From positions 1-44,479 of the forward strand of contig NW_021835410.1 in NCBI RefSeq assembly GCF_006345805.1: 44,479 nt of DNA. Direction: 5' to 3'. Made by a program: the position numbers and the translations under genes. Source of the DNA: Octopus sinensis (Eukaryota). The notes under the pieces are model-generated. The model saw only the letters and a list, made by a program, of their open reading frames with translations, was not told the DNA's origin and searched no databases. This document shows positions 34,810 through 44,479 of this stretch, in pieces (positions within the stretch are counted from its first letter, which is position 1; the number at the start of each line of letters is the position of its first letter).

Positions 34810-36168
34810 CTGGTGATGTGTGATGGTGGTGATGTGGTGGTGGTGGTGTTATTGCAAAGGTGTAGTGGTGGAGATGGTGGAAGTGGGGGGGGTGTTTAGT
34901 GATTGTGGCAGTGGCGGTGATGGTGGAGGAGGTAGTTATTGCAGAAATGGTGGCGGTGGTGGTGTGGAGGTAGTTATTACAGACTTGTACTGGTAGCGAT
35001 GATGGTAACATTAGTGGTTATAGTGGTGGTGGTGGTGGTGGTGGTAGTGTTTATTCTGTAGTGATAGTTATGGTAGTTTCCAATGAAGGTGGTGGTTATG
35101 GCGGCGAAGGAAATTGGGGGAGGTGGTAGGGCTGGTGGTGGTGGTGGTGGCTCTGGTGGTAATATTTGTGGTGGTGATGGTGGAAGTGTTTGGTATGTAG
35201 TGGTAGTGGTGATAGTAAGCAGACTTTATTGTATGATGGTGATGATGATGATGATTTAATTCTTTATTACCCACAAGGGGTTAAACATAGAGGGGACAAA
35301 CAAGGACAGACAAACAGATTAAGTCGATTACATTGACCCCAGTAGGTAACTGGTACTTATTTAATCGACCCCGAAAGGATGAAAGGCAAAGTTAACCACA
35401 GTGGAATTTGAACTCAGAACATAGCGGCAGACGAAATATCTATTTCTTTACTACCCACAAGGGGCTAAACACAGAGGAGACAAACAAGGACAGACAAAGG
35501 GATTAAGTCGATTATATCGACCCCAGTGCGTAACTGGTACTTATTTAATCGATCCCGAAAAGATGAAAGGCAAAGTTGACCTCGGCGGAATTTGAACTCA
35601 GAACATAGCAGCAGACGAAATACCGCTAAGCATTTTGCCCAGCATGCTAACGATTCTACCAGCTCTCCACCTTGATTATGATGATGATGATGACAATGAT
35701 GGTGATGATGATTATGATGAGGACGATGATGAGAATGATGATGATGGTGATGGTGGTAGCAGTAGAGTTTTATGTGTGGCTGTGATGGCACTAGTGTTAA
35801 TAATGATGTTAGCAGTGGTGAGGTGTGTTGCAGTGGTGGTGGTAGTAGAATTAAATGTATAGGAGGTGGTGGTGATTGTGTGGTAGTAGTAGTAGTAGTA
35901 GTAGTGGGGGGATGACAGTGGTGGTGATGGTGATATTAGTGGTGGTGCAGGTTATAGCGTGGTATGTGGTTGCAGAGGAGAGGTGGATGGCAGTGGTTGT
36001 GGTTGTAGTGTTGGATGTATGTGTGTGTGCAGTTTTGTGTGTGTGAGTATATTTAGTGGTGCGTTGCGGTGGTATAGGCAGTGGTGGTGGTGGGTTAACA
36101 TGTGATGTTTGTGTTTGGTATGTGATGGTGAGAGTGGTGGTATATGGGGGTGTAGTCTTGTGTGTGAA

Positions 36169-36170
<2 letters not shown>
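34810..36170. repeat. (GGT)/(GAT)/(GTA)-rich low-complexity tract containing a dimeric S2 SINE (minus, 35258-35672)
   Basis: Direct inspection. Confidence 0.85.
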
Positions 36171-36171
<1 letters not shown>

Positions 36172-36213
<42 letters not shown>

Positions 36214-36229
36214 TATATATATATATATA

Positions 36230-36263
<34 letters not shown>

Positions 36264-36441
36264 CTATATATGTATATGCATATCATTGTCATCAACAATT
36301 AACTTCCTTTTTTTATGCTGGAATAAATATATATATATAGATATATATGTGTGGTGTGTGTGGTGTAGTATATGTATGTATATATATTATATATATATAG
36401 TGGTATATATATGTGTGTGTGTGTGGGTGTGTATGTATATG

Positions 36442-36485
<44 letters not shown>

Positions 36486-36579
36486 ATATATGTGATATAT
36501 ATATATGTGTGTGTGTATGTAGATGTATGTATATATATATTATAGGTGTATATATATATATGTGTGTGTGGTATATATG

Positions 36580-36618
<39 letters not shown>

Positions 36619-36976
36619 ATATGTATATGTATATTATAATCTATATTGTATATGTATAGATATATGGATATATATATGTATGTATTATGTATAGATATAT
36701 GTATATATATATGTATGTATATGTATAGATATATGTATAGATATATGTATGTATATGTATATATATATGTATGTATATGAATATAGATGTATATATATGT
36801 ATATATATGTATATATATTTATATATATGTATATATATATGTATATATATGTATATATATATGTATATATATGTATATATATATGTATGTGTATATATAT
36901 GTATATATGTATGTATATATATATGTATATGTATATATATGTATATGTATATATATGTATATGTATATGTATATAT

Positions 36977-37031
<55 letters not shown>

Positions 37032-37465
37032 GATATACATGCATACTTCTGTATGTATATTTGATGCAAATATGCAATGTGTGAGTGTGCAAGCACATAT
37101 ATATATATATATGTGTGTATATATATAAACAAAAACACACACACATAATATACAAATATATATACACATATATATATATATATACAAATATATACATATG
37201 ACCCATATCGACATAGAAAACGGATGTTCAATATTAATAATAATGATATATATGTTGTGTGTGTGTGTGTGTGTAGAAATAAAAGGTGTACAATGTATAT
37301 AAAACTATGTGTGTGTATATATGTATATATGTATATATGTATATATATATATATATATATTTATTTATTAAAAATGCATACACATACCCATACATACATA
37401 TATATACATATATGTATAAATATACATATGTATATATACATAGATATATATATGTATATATATAT
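36172..37465. repeat. Long (TA)/(TG)/(TATG) compound microsatellite
   Basis: Direct inspection. Confidence 0.95.
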
Positions 37466-37851
37466 CACCGTGACCGACCAGGCTATCAGATGTTGCTACA
37501 CATCGCTGGTCACAATGCGCTTCGCATTGTTTTAGCCTTCAAATGACGCCACCCTGCTGGCTATATGTGTGTGTATGTTTTTGTGTGTCTGTACTTCCCC
37601 ACCATTGCTTGACAACTGATGTCGGTGTGTTTACATCACCATAACTTAGTGGTTCAGCAAAAGAGACTGATACATTAAGTACCAGGCATACAAAGGCTAA
37701 GTCCTGGAGTTGATTTGTTCGACTGAAGGCAGAACCACAGCATGACCACAGTCAACTGACTGAAACAAGTAAAAGAATAAAAGAATATATATATATATGT
37801 ATGTGTGTCTATATATATATATATATATATTATATATAATAATATATATAT

Positions 37852-38135
37852 ATCACGTGATCATGGACCGACCAGGCTATCAGATGTTGCTACACATTGC
37901 TGGTCACAATGCGCTTCGCATTGTTTGCCATCAAGTAAGCTACACTGCTGGCTAAGCGAGCAGGTCAACAGAAGAAAGAGTGAGAGAAGTTGTGGCGAAA
38001 GAGTACAGCAGGGATCGCCCCCCCCCCACTGCCGGAGCCTCATGGACCTTTAGGTGTTTTCGCTCGATAAACAGTTACAAAGCCTGGTCTGGAAATCGAA
38101 ACCGCGATCCTAACGACTGCGAGTTCTCTATCCTA
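37852..38135 (-). mobile_element. S3 SINE, tail type a (a further tail fragment at 37465-37562)
   Basis: Reverse complement of 6727-7027. Confidence 0.8.
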
Positions 38136-38353
38136 ACCACTGGCCATTGCGCTCACACATACATACACACCACACACACACACATATATATATGTGTGTG
38201 TGTGTATATAATATATATATATATATATATATAGGGAATATAATATAATGGGATTATGTGTGTGCATTTAATTTTTTAAAGCTAATACAATACAAACTTG
38301 TAAGAAATAATACAAGCCGATAGGTTGTACTTTTATATATATATACATATATA

Positions 38354-38705
38354 TCGTGATCATTGCCAGAGTGGCTAACTGGCCTCCGTGCCGGTGGCAC
38401 GTAAAAGACACCATTCGAGCATGATCGTAAACAGCATCGCCCTACTGGCACCTGTGCCGGTGGCACGTGTAAAAGATTCGAGCGTGGTTGTTGCCAGTAC
38501 CTCCTGACTGGCCCCCGTGCCGGTGGCACGTAAAAGCACCCACTACACTCCCGGAGTGGTTGGTGTTAGGAAGGGCATCCAGCTGTAGAAACTCCATCAG
38601 ATCAAGATTGCAGCCTGGTGCAGCCATCTGGTTCACCAGCCCTCAGTCATTCGTCCAACCCATGCTAGCATGGAAAGCGGACGTTAAACGATGATGATGA
38701 TGATC
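38354..38705 (+). mobile_element. RTE 3' UTR (well preserved, three subrepeats)
   Basis: gtgccggtggcacgt three times, terminal segment, (GAT)n. Confidence 0.9.
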
Positions 38706-39214
38706 TGTGTATTTTTGTGTGTATGCATGTGTAAGTAATCTCATAAATTATTTTGCACATACACATCTGCATACCAACAAATGCACACATTCATGCATAT
38801 ATAAGCAATCTTCAAAACAATCATGTGATTACACACACACATATTGGAAATTTCATAAAATATTTTACATACAGATATATATATATATATGTATATGTGT
38901 GTTGCAAATCTCATGAGCTTGCATATATATTATTATTATTATATATAGAAATGTTAGTCACAGCAGCTTTTCTCTTTAACATGTGAGAATTACAAAAGTA
39001 CTTCAAAGAAATACCAATGACAAGGTCAACTAATAACAACAATGACAACAACAACAAAACAATAATGATGATGATGATAATAACAACAACAACAATAGTA
39101 ATAATAATAATGATGATAATAACAATAGTAATAACAATAATAGTAATAATAATAATAACAACAACAACAATAATAATAATATAATAATAATAATCCTTTC
39201 TGCTGAAGGCATAA

Positions 39215-39606
39215 GGCTTGAAATTTGGGTGAGGAGGGACTAGTCAATCACATCGACTCCAGTATTTCACTGGTACTTACTTTATTGACCCTGAAAGGAT
39301 ACAAGGCAAAGTTGACCTAGGCGAAATTTGAACTCTGACCATAAAGGTGGATGAAATTCTACCAAAAATTTTTATTCTGAGGTGCTAATAATTCTGCCAG
39401 CTTATCGCCTTAGTAATAATAATAATATTATTACGGTGGCATGTAAAAAGCACCCACTACACTCTCTGAGTGGTTGGTGTTAGGAAGGGTATCCAGCTGT
39501 AGGAACTCTGCCAGATCAGATTGGAGCCTGGTGCAGCCATCTGGTTTGCCAGCCCTCAGTCAAAATCGTCCAACCTATGCTAGCATGGAAAGTGGTCGTT
39601 AAAGGA

Positions 39607-39642
<36 letters not shown>

Positions 39643-40200
39643 TAATGATGATGATGATTTTATTTATTTGCCACAATGGCAAAGGATGAAGAGGACAATA
39701 CAAAGACAGACATAAAGTGTGGGGGTTTGCATATTCTTTTATTCTTTTCTTGTTTTAGATATTTGACTGTGGCCATGCTGGAGCACTGCCTTTAGTCGAA
39801 AAAATAGACCCCAGGATTTATTCTTTGTAAGCCTAGTACTTATTCTATTGGTATCTTAGGCTGAACTGCGAAGTAATGGGGACATAAACACACCAACATC
39901 GGTTGTCAAGCGATGGCACAAGGCCTGAAATTTGGTAGGAGAGAACTAGACAATTACATCGATCCCAGTGCTTCACTGATCCTTAATTTACTACCCACAA
40001 GGGGCTAAACACAGAGAGGAAAAACAAGGACAGACAAATGGATTAAGTTGATTATATCGACCCCAGTGCGTAACTGGTACTTATTTAATCAACCCATGAA
40101 TTGATGAAAGGCAAAGTTGACCTCGGCGGAATTTGAACCCAGAACATACCCCTAAGCATTTTGCCTGGCATGTTAACGATTCTGCCAGCTCACTGCCTTA
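39215..40200. mobile_element. Cluster: S2-like (minus, 39215-39412), RTE tail (plus, 39434-39610), S1 3' half (minus, 39730-39915), S2 (minus, 39918-40198)
   Basis: Homology to in-window family members. Confidence 0.75.
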
Positions 40201-40354
40201 ATAATAATAATAATAATAATATAGTAGCTGTAGTAAAAGTGCTGGAAGTTTTTTATTGACTGAAAAATTGGGGAGGAGAACATGTTATTGTTGGTTAATG
40301 TCCAGTTTCCATGTTTGCATGGTTCAGCTGGAAAAGGCAGGTTTTCTATGAATG

Positions 40355-40706
40355 GTTGGCCTGATACTATAGTAGAAGACACTTGCCCAAGGTGCCACAC
40401 AGTGGGACTGAACCCAGAACCATGTGGTTGGTAGACAAGCTTCTCACCACACAGCCATGCCTATGCCTATATACATATATATATATAGAGAGAGATATTT
40501 GTGTGTGTGTGTATATATATATTATATATATATATATACACACACGACGGGCTTCTTCCAGTTTCCATCTACCAAATCCACTCACAAGGCTTTGGTTGGC
40601 CTGACGCTATAGTAGAATACACTTGCTCGAGGTGCCACACAGTGGGACTGAACCCAGAACCATGCGGTTGGTAGACAAGCATCTTACCACACAGCCATGC
40701 CTGCGC
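40355..40706 (-). mobile_element. Two tandem S1 5' portions
   Basis: Repeated ggtgccacacagtgggactgaacccagaaccatg. Confidence 0.8.
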
Positions 40707-41053
40707 CAATGTACACCTTTGTTGAATGTCAACCTGACTCTACTCAAGCATATCAAGTTCAAAGCCAATCATCACACGGCTGCACTTCTGCTTTGCACAG
40801 CCTGCAACCACACCAGTCAACAGCTGTTTCACTTACAATTATTTTTATTGATGTTCCAAGTCGCTGTTGTCTTTTCTCTCACCTCAAAGTCATCTCTGAT
40901 GCTTTTGTTGTGGGTCAAGCTTTTAGCAGGTGTGACATGTCTAACTTTATGATTGATTTTCAGGTATAAAATACCTCAGAGTAATACCTAATAATAAAAC
41001 TGTGTTACAGTGAAAAACAAATTCACTAAACACAACTTGTTTTTATTTATTTA

Positions 41054-41427
41054 CTAGCAGTATCGCCCGGCGTTGCTCGGGTTTCTTTTCTTTTCGACCC
41101 TTTAGAATTGGAATTTTTGAAAAGTAAAAATTTTGCATTATGTAGCTTATTCTCTTTAAGTAAACATTTTTCTGGTTGAAATACACCGAAAAATGGCGAC
41201 ACAGCAGTCAGAAAATCTTAAAAAATAGGGATTTTCATAGAAAAAAAGCACCTTTTTGATGTAAATAATTTTTGGTCTTAACATGGACCAATTTGAACCT
41301 TTTCTTGTACGGAATGAAGAGCAAGCCTTCTTGTATCATACTCTCAATTTTGGTCAACTTGCGCTGCATGGTCTCAGAGAAGATAGTATTAGTTGAAGGC
41401 TACCAACTTCAGCTTTATATATAAAGA
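41054..41427 (-). mobile_element. Non-autonomous Helitron
   Basis: Minus strand: A|TC start, 3' hairpin cccg..cggg about 11 nt before CTAG|T, no TSD. Confidence 0.75.
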
Positions 41428-41431
41428 TTTA

Positions 41432-42025
41432 TGCGCCCTTTTCAAGCCTAACCAGGCTCATGGGCCCAGTTTCCCAGTTTCTATGGCGCATGTGTGTCCC
41501 AGACCCCAGCTGGACGGGACGCCAGTCCATCGCAGCATTACTCAAGAAACAGGAAGAAAGAGTGAGAGAAAGTTGGGTCGAAAGCGTACAACAGGGGTCG
41601 CCACCAACCCATGCCAGAGCCTTGTGGAGCTTTTAGGTGTTTTCGCTCAATAAACACACCACACACAATGCCCAGTCTGGGAATCGAAACCATGATCTTC
41701 TGACAGCAAGTCCGCTGCCCTAACCACTGGGCCATTGTGCCTCCACAATAAATGCGCCCTCTTAAAACCTAGCCAGGCTCATGGGCCCGGTTTTCCGGTT
41801 TCTGTGGCGTATGTGTTCCCCAGCTGCACGGGACGCCAGTCCATCGCAGCGTTATTCAAGAAACATGAAGAGAGAGTGAGAGAAAGTTGGGGTGAAAGAG
41901 TACAACAGGGGTTGCCACCACCCCCTGCCGGAGTCTCGTGGAGCTACACACAACGCCCGGTCTGGGAATCGAAACTGCGATCCTCCAACCATGAGTCTGC
42001 TGCCCTAACCACTAGGCCATTGCAC
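41432..42025 (-). mobile_element. Two tandem S3 SINEs, tail type b
   Basis: 41432-41745 and 41752-42025 are homologous to 20458-20745. Confidence 0.85.
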
Positions 42026-42214
42026 ATTCAAACAAAACTTGTAGATCTATTTAAATGCTTTAAAATGAAATTGAGGTCTCTAGCTCAAATAATAGCTGAG
42101 ATAGGACTTCTCAAAGTTGTTGAGTAACCGAAAAATATCACTTTTTTGAAAAATTCAAATGGTCATAACTCAGCAAATATTTGTCAGATAAAAAATATTT
42201 CATATTTAAAGGTT

Positions 42215-42353
42215 TAGCTTGCTTACCAACCACATAGTTCCGGGTTCAGTCCCACTGCGTGGCACCTTGGGCAAGTGTCATCTACTATAGCCTCGGGCCG
42301 ACCAATGCCTTGTGAGTGGATTTGGTAGACGGAACTGAAAGAAGCCCATCATG

Positions 42354-42414
<61 letters not shown>

Positions 42415-42633
42415 ATATATATGTATGTGTGTCTGTGTTTGTCCCCCAACATCACTTGACAACCGATGCTGGTGTGTTTACGTCCCCTGTAACATTAGCG
42501 TTTCGGCAAAAGATACCGATAGAATAAATACTAGGCTTCCAAAGAATAAGTCCTGGGGTCGATTTGCTCAACTAAAGGTGGTGCTCCAGCATGGCCGCAG
42601 TCAAATAACTGAAACAAGTAAAAGAGTAAAGAG
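42215..42633 (+). mobile_element. S1 SINE (slightly 5' truncated)
   Basis: Body and tail match. Confidence 0.9.
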
Positions 42634-42666
42634 TTTTCAGGTGGCGTTGTATTTATATATATATAT

Positions 42667-42886
42667 GTATTTATGTTTCTCTCTGTGTATATTCCACTGA
42701 TGAGGCAAAGCATTCCTAAATGCAAAGTCAGAAATCCGGGATCTACAATTATCTAGTAATTTTTTACTAGTTTCATCTTGTTTCTTTGTCTTCTCTCTGT
42801 GATGGTATATGAACACTTAAGGTGGTTTTAGAGTCAGATCATGGCTGCTATTTTCAGCATGGTGGTATCTCGAAGATACCCTAATT

Positions 42887-42895
<9 letters not shown>
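42667..42895 (+). mobile_element. Penelope-like remnant with degenerate hammerhead (42690-42750)
   Basis: CTGATGA ggc..gcatt/aatgc..gtc a GAAA tccgggatc, with poor stem I. Downstream ggctgctattttcagcatg plus hairpin. Lies between (TA)n tracts. Confidence 0.5.
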
Positions 42896-42931
<36 letters not shown>

Positions 42932-42980
42932 ATATGTGTGTGTTGTGTGTGTATTTGTATGTATACTTATATATATATAA

Positions 42981-43390
42981 GGCGCAGGAGTGGCTGTGTA
43001 GTAAGTAGCTTGCTTACCAACCACATGGTTCCGGGTTCAGTCCCACTGCGTGGCACCTTGGGCAAGTGTCTTCTACTATAGCCTCGGGCCGACCAAAGCC
43101 TTGTGAGGGATTTGGTAGACGGAAACTGAAAGAAGCCCGTGTATATATATATATATATAAGTATATGTGTGTGTGTGTGTGTGTTTGTGTGTGTCTGTGT
43201 TTGTCCCCCTAGCATTGCTTGACAACCGATGCTGGTGTGTTTACGTCCCCGTTACTTAGCGGTTCGGCAAAAGAGACCGATAGAATAAGTACTGGGCTTA
43301 CAAAAGAATAAGTCCCAGGATCGATTTGGTCGACTAAAGGCAGTGCTCCAGCATGGCCGCAGTCAAATGACTGAAACAAGTAAAAGAGTA
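42981..43390 (+). mobile_element. Full-length S1 SINE
   Basis: Near-consensus head to tail. Confidence 0.92.
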
Positions 43391-43408
43391 TGTCTGTGTG
43401 TGTGTTTG

Positions 43409-43444
<36 letters not shown>

Positions 43445-43473
43445 TAAATATTCATAAAGCTAGTTGTTAAGGC

Positions 43474-43585
43474 TGGTTACTGACGAGGATCCGCCTGGGA
43501 GAGAATATGGTCTTGCAAAATTATCTATTAAAAGATTGCAAACGATATTATTCTGCTTAAGTAATCCGAAACCATGTTATAACTG
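43474..43585 (+). ncRNA. Type-I hammerhead motif with ~80-nt stem II, within Penelope-like remnant 43441-43725
   Basis: uggUUA CUGACGA ggau...aucc GAAA ccauguUA uaacug. Stem III is one change from the palindrome ACCAUGGU. Confidence 0.65.
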
Positions 43586-43725
43586 TTATATAACAAGGTA
43601 AAAGTTTTTATTTTTCATTTACTTCGAAATTTGCTATAAAATTGTGGTTTTTTGGCCATGTTGGCTGCTATTTCTAGCATGTAAAATTGTCTGTTAAAGG
43701 GTAATTTTCTATTTTGAAATATATA

Positions 43726-43961
43726 CTCTTACTCTTTACTCTTTTACTCTTTTACCTGTTTCAGTCATTTGACTGTGGCCATGCTGGAGCACCGCCTTTA
43801 GTCGAGCAAATTGACCTCGGGACTTATTCTCTGTAAGCCTGGTACTTATTCTATCGGTCTCTTTTGCCGAACTGCTAGGTGACGGGGACATAAACACACC
43901 AGCATCGGTTGTCAAGCAATGCTAGGGGGACAAACACAGACACACACAAAGACACACACAT

Positions 43962-44008
<47 letters not shown>

Positions 44009-44193
44009 CATATATATACATACATATATACGACAGGCTTCTTTCAGTTTCCGTCTACCAAATCCACTCACAAGGCTTTGGTCGGCCCGGGGCTATAGCA
44101 AAAGACACTTGCCCAAGATGCCGTGCAGTGGGACTGAACCCGGAACCATGTGGTTGGTTAGCAAGCTACTTACCACACAGCTACTCCCGCGCC
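43726..44193 (-). mobile_element. Full-length S1 SINE
   Basis: Reverse complement, ends gcgcc. Confidence 0.92.
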
Positions 44194-44479
44194 TTCGAAA
44201 TTTACTTCGAAATTTGCTATAAAATTCTGGTTTTTTTGGCCATGCTGGCTGCTATTTCTAGCATGTAAAATTGCCTGTTAAGGGTAATTTTCTATTTTGA
44301 AATATATATATACATACATACATATATATATATATATATCTGGAAGCTGCATCTTGTGACTGTCTGTGTTCTGGCGTTTTGTTCGGCTGTCCATTGTCTG
44401 GGCGTCTGTGTTGTTAATTCAATATACGAACCATTGTGTTCTTGCCTCTCGTGGCAATCGTCTCTCTAATTGTTGTTGT

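Noticed and set aside
36244-37546. YI-rich ORFs
   Set aside because: (TA)n-derived.
40815-40900. GAAACAGCUGUU on the minus strand suggesting another hammerhead
   Set aside because: No CUGANGA-like core or stem I at a compatible position.
42981-43055. tRNA gene
   Set aside because: A/B boxes are present, but it is a SINE head continuous with the SINE body and gives no full cloverleaf.
43667-43680. GCTAGAAATAGCA (reverse strand) identical to part of the SpCas9 sgRNA scaffold
   Set aside because: Only a 13-nt GAAA-tetraloop hairpin match. Flanks are unrelated and natural variants occur in several repeats.

Overview
AT-rich, repeat-saturated animal DNA, most likely an octopus (coleoid cephalopod) intron or intergenic region. 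This is inferred from the SINE families, (GAT)n-tailed RTE LINEs and microsatellite load. No intact protein-coding gene is evident, and almost all supplied ORFs are translations of microsatellites or SINEs. Retroelements: many copies of three tRNA-headed SINE groups (here S1, S2, S3), RTE LINE 3' ends, a CR1/L2-group RT relic and a zinc-finger-bearing LINE tail. DNA elements: DD37D (maT), Tc3-like and Chapaev transposase relics, plus piggyBac-, hAT-, Merlin-like and Helitron/Helentron non-autonomous elements. The most striking signal is structured RNA. About 11 minimal type-I hammerhead ribozyme motifs (several degenerate) from roughly seven unrelated short Penelope-like remnants lie mostly in or beside (TA)n tracts. 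One family has the core GUGAACA, a compensatory G3:C8 swap of the canonical CUGANGA. A shared hairpin module lies downstream of three of the hammerheads. The RTE 3' UTR also carries a ~65-nt tandem array whose units fold by eye into covarying H-type pseudoknots. All folds were derived by eye and are untested.
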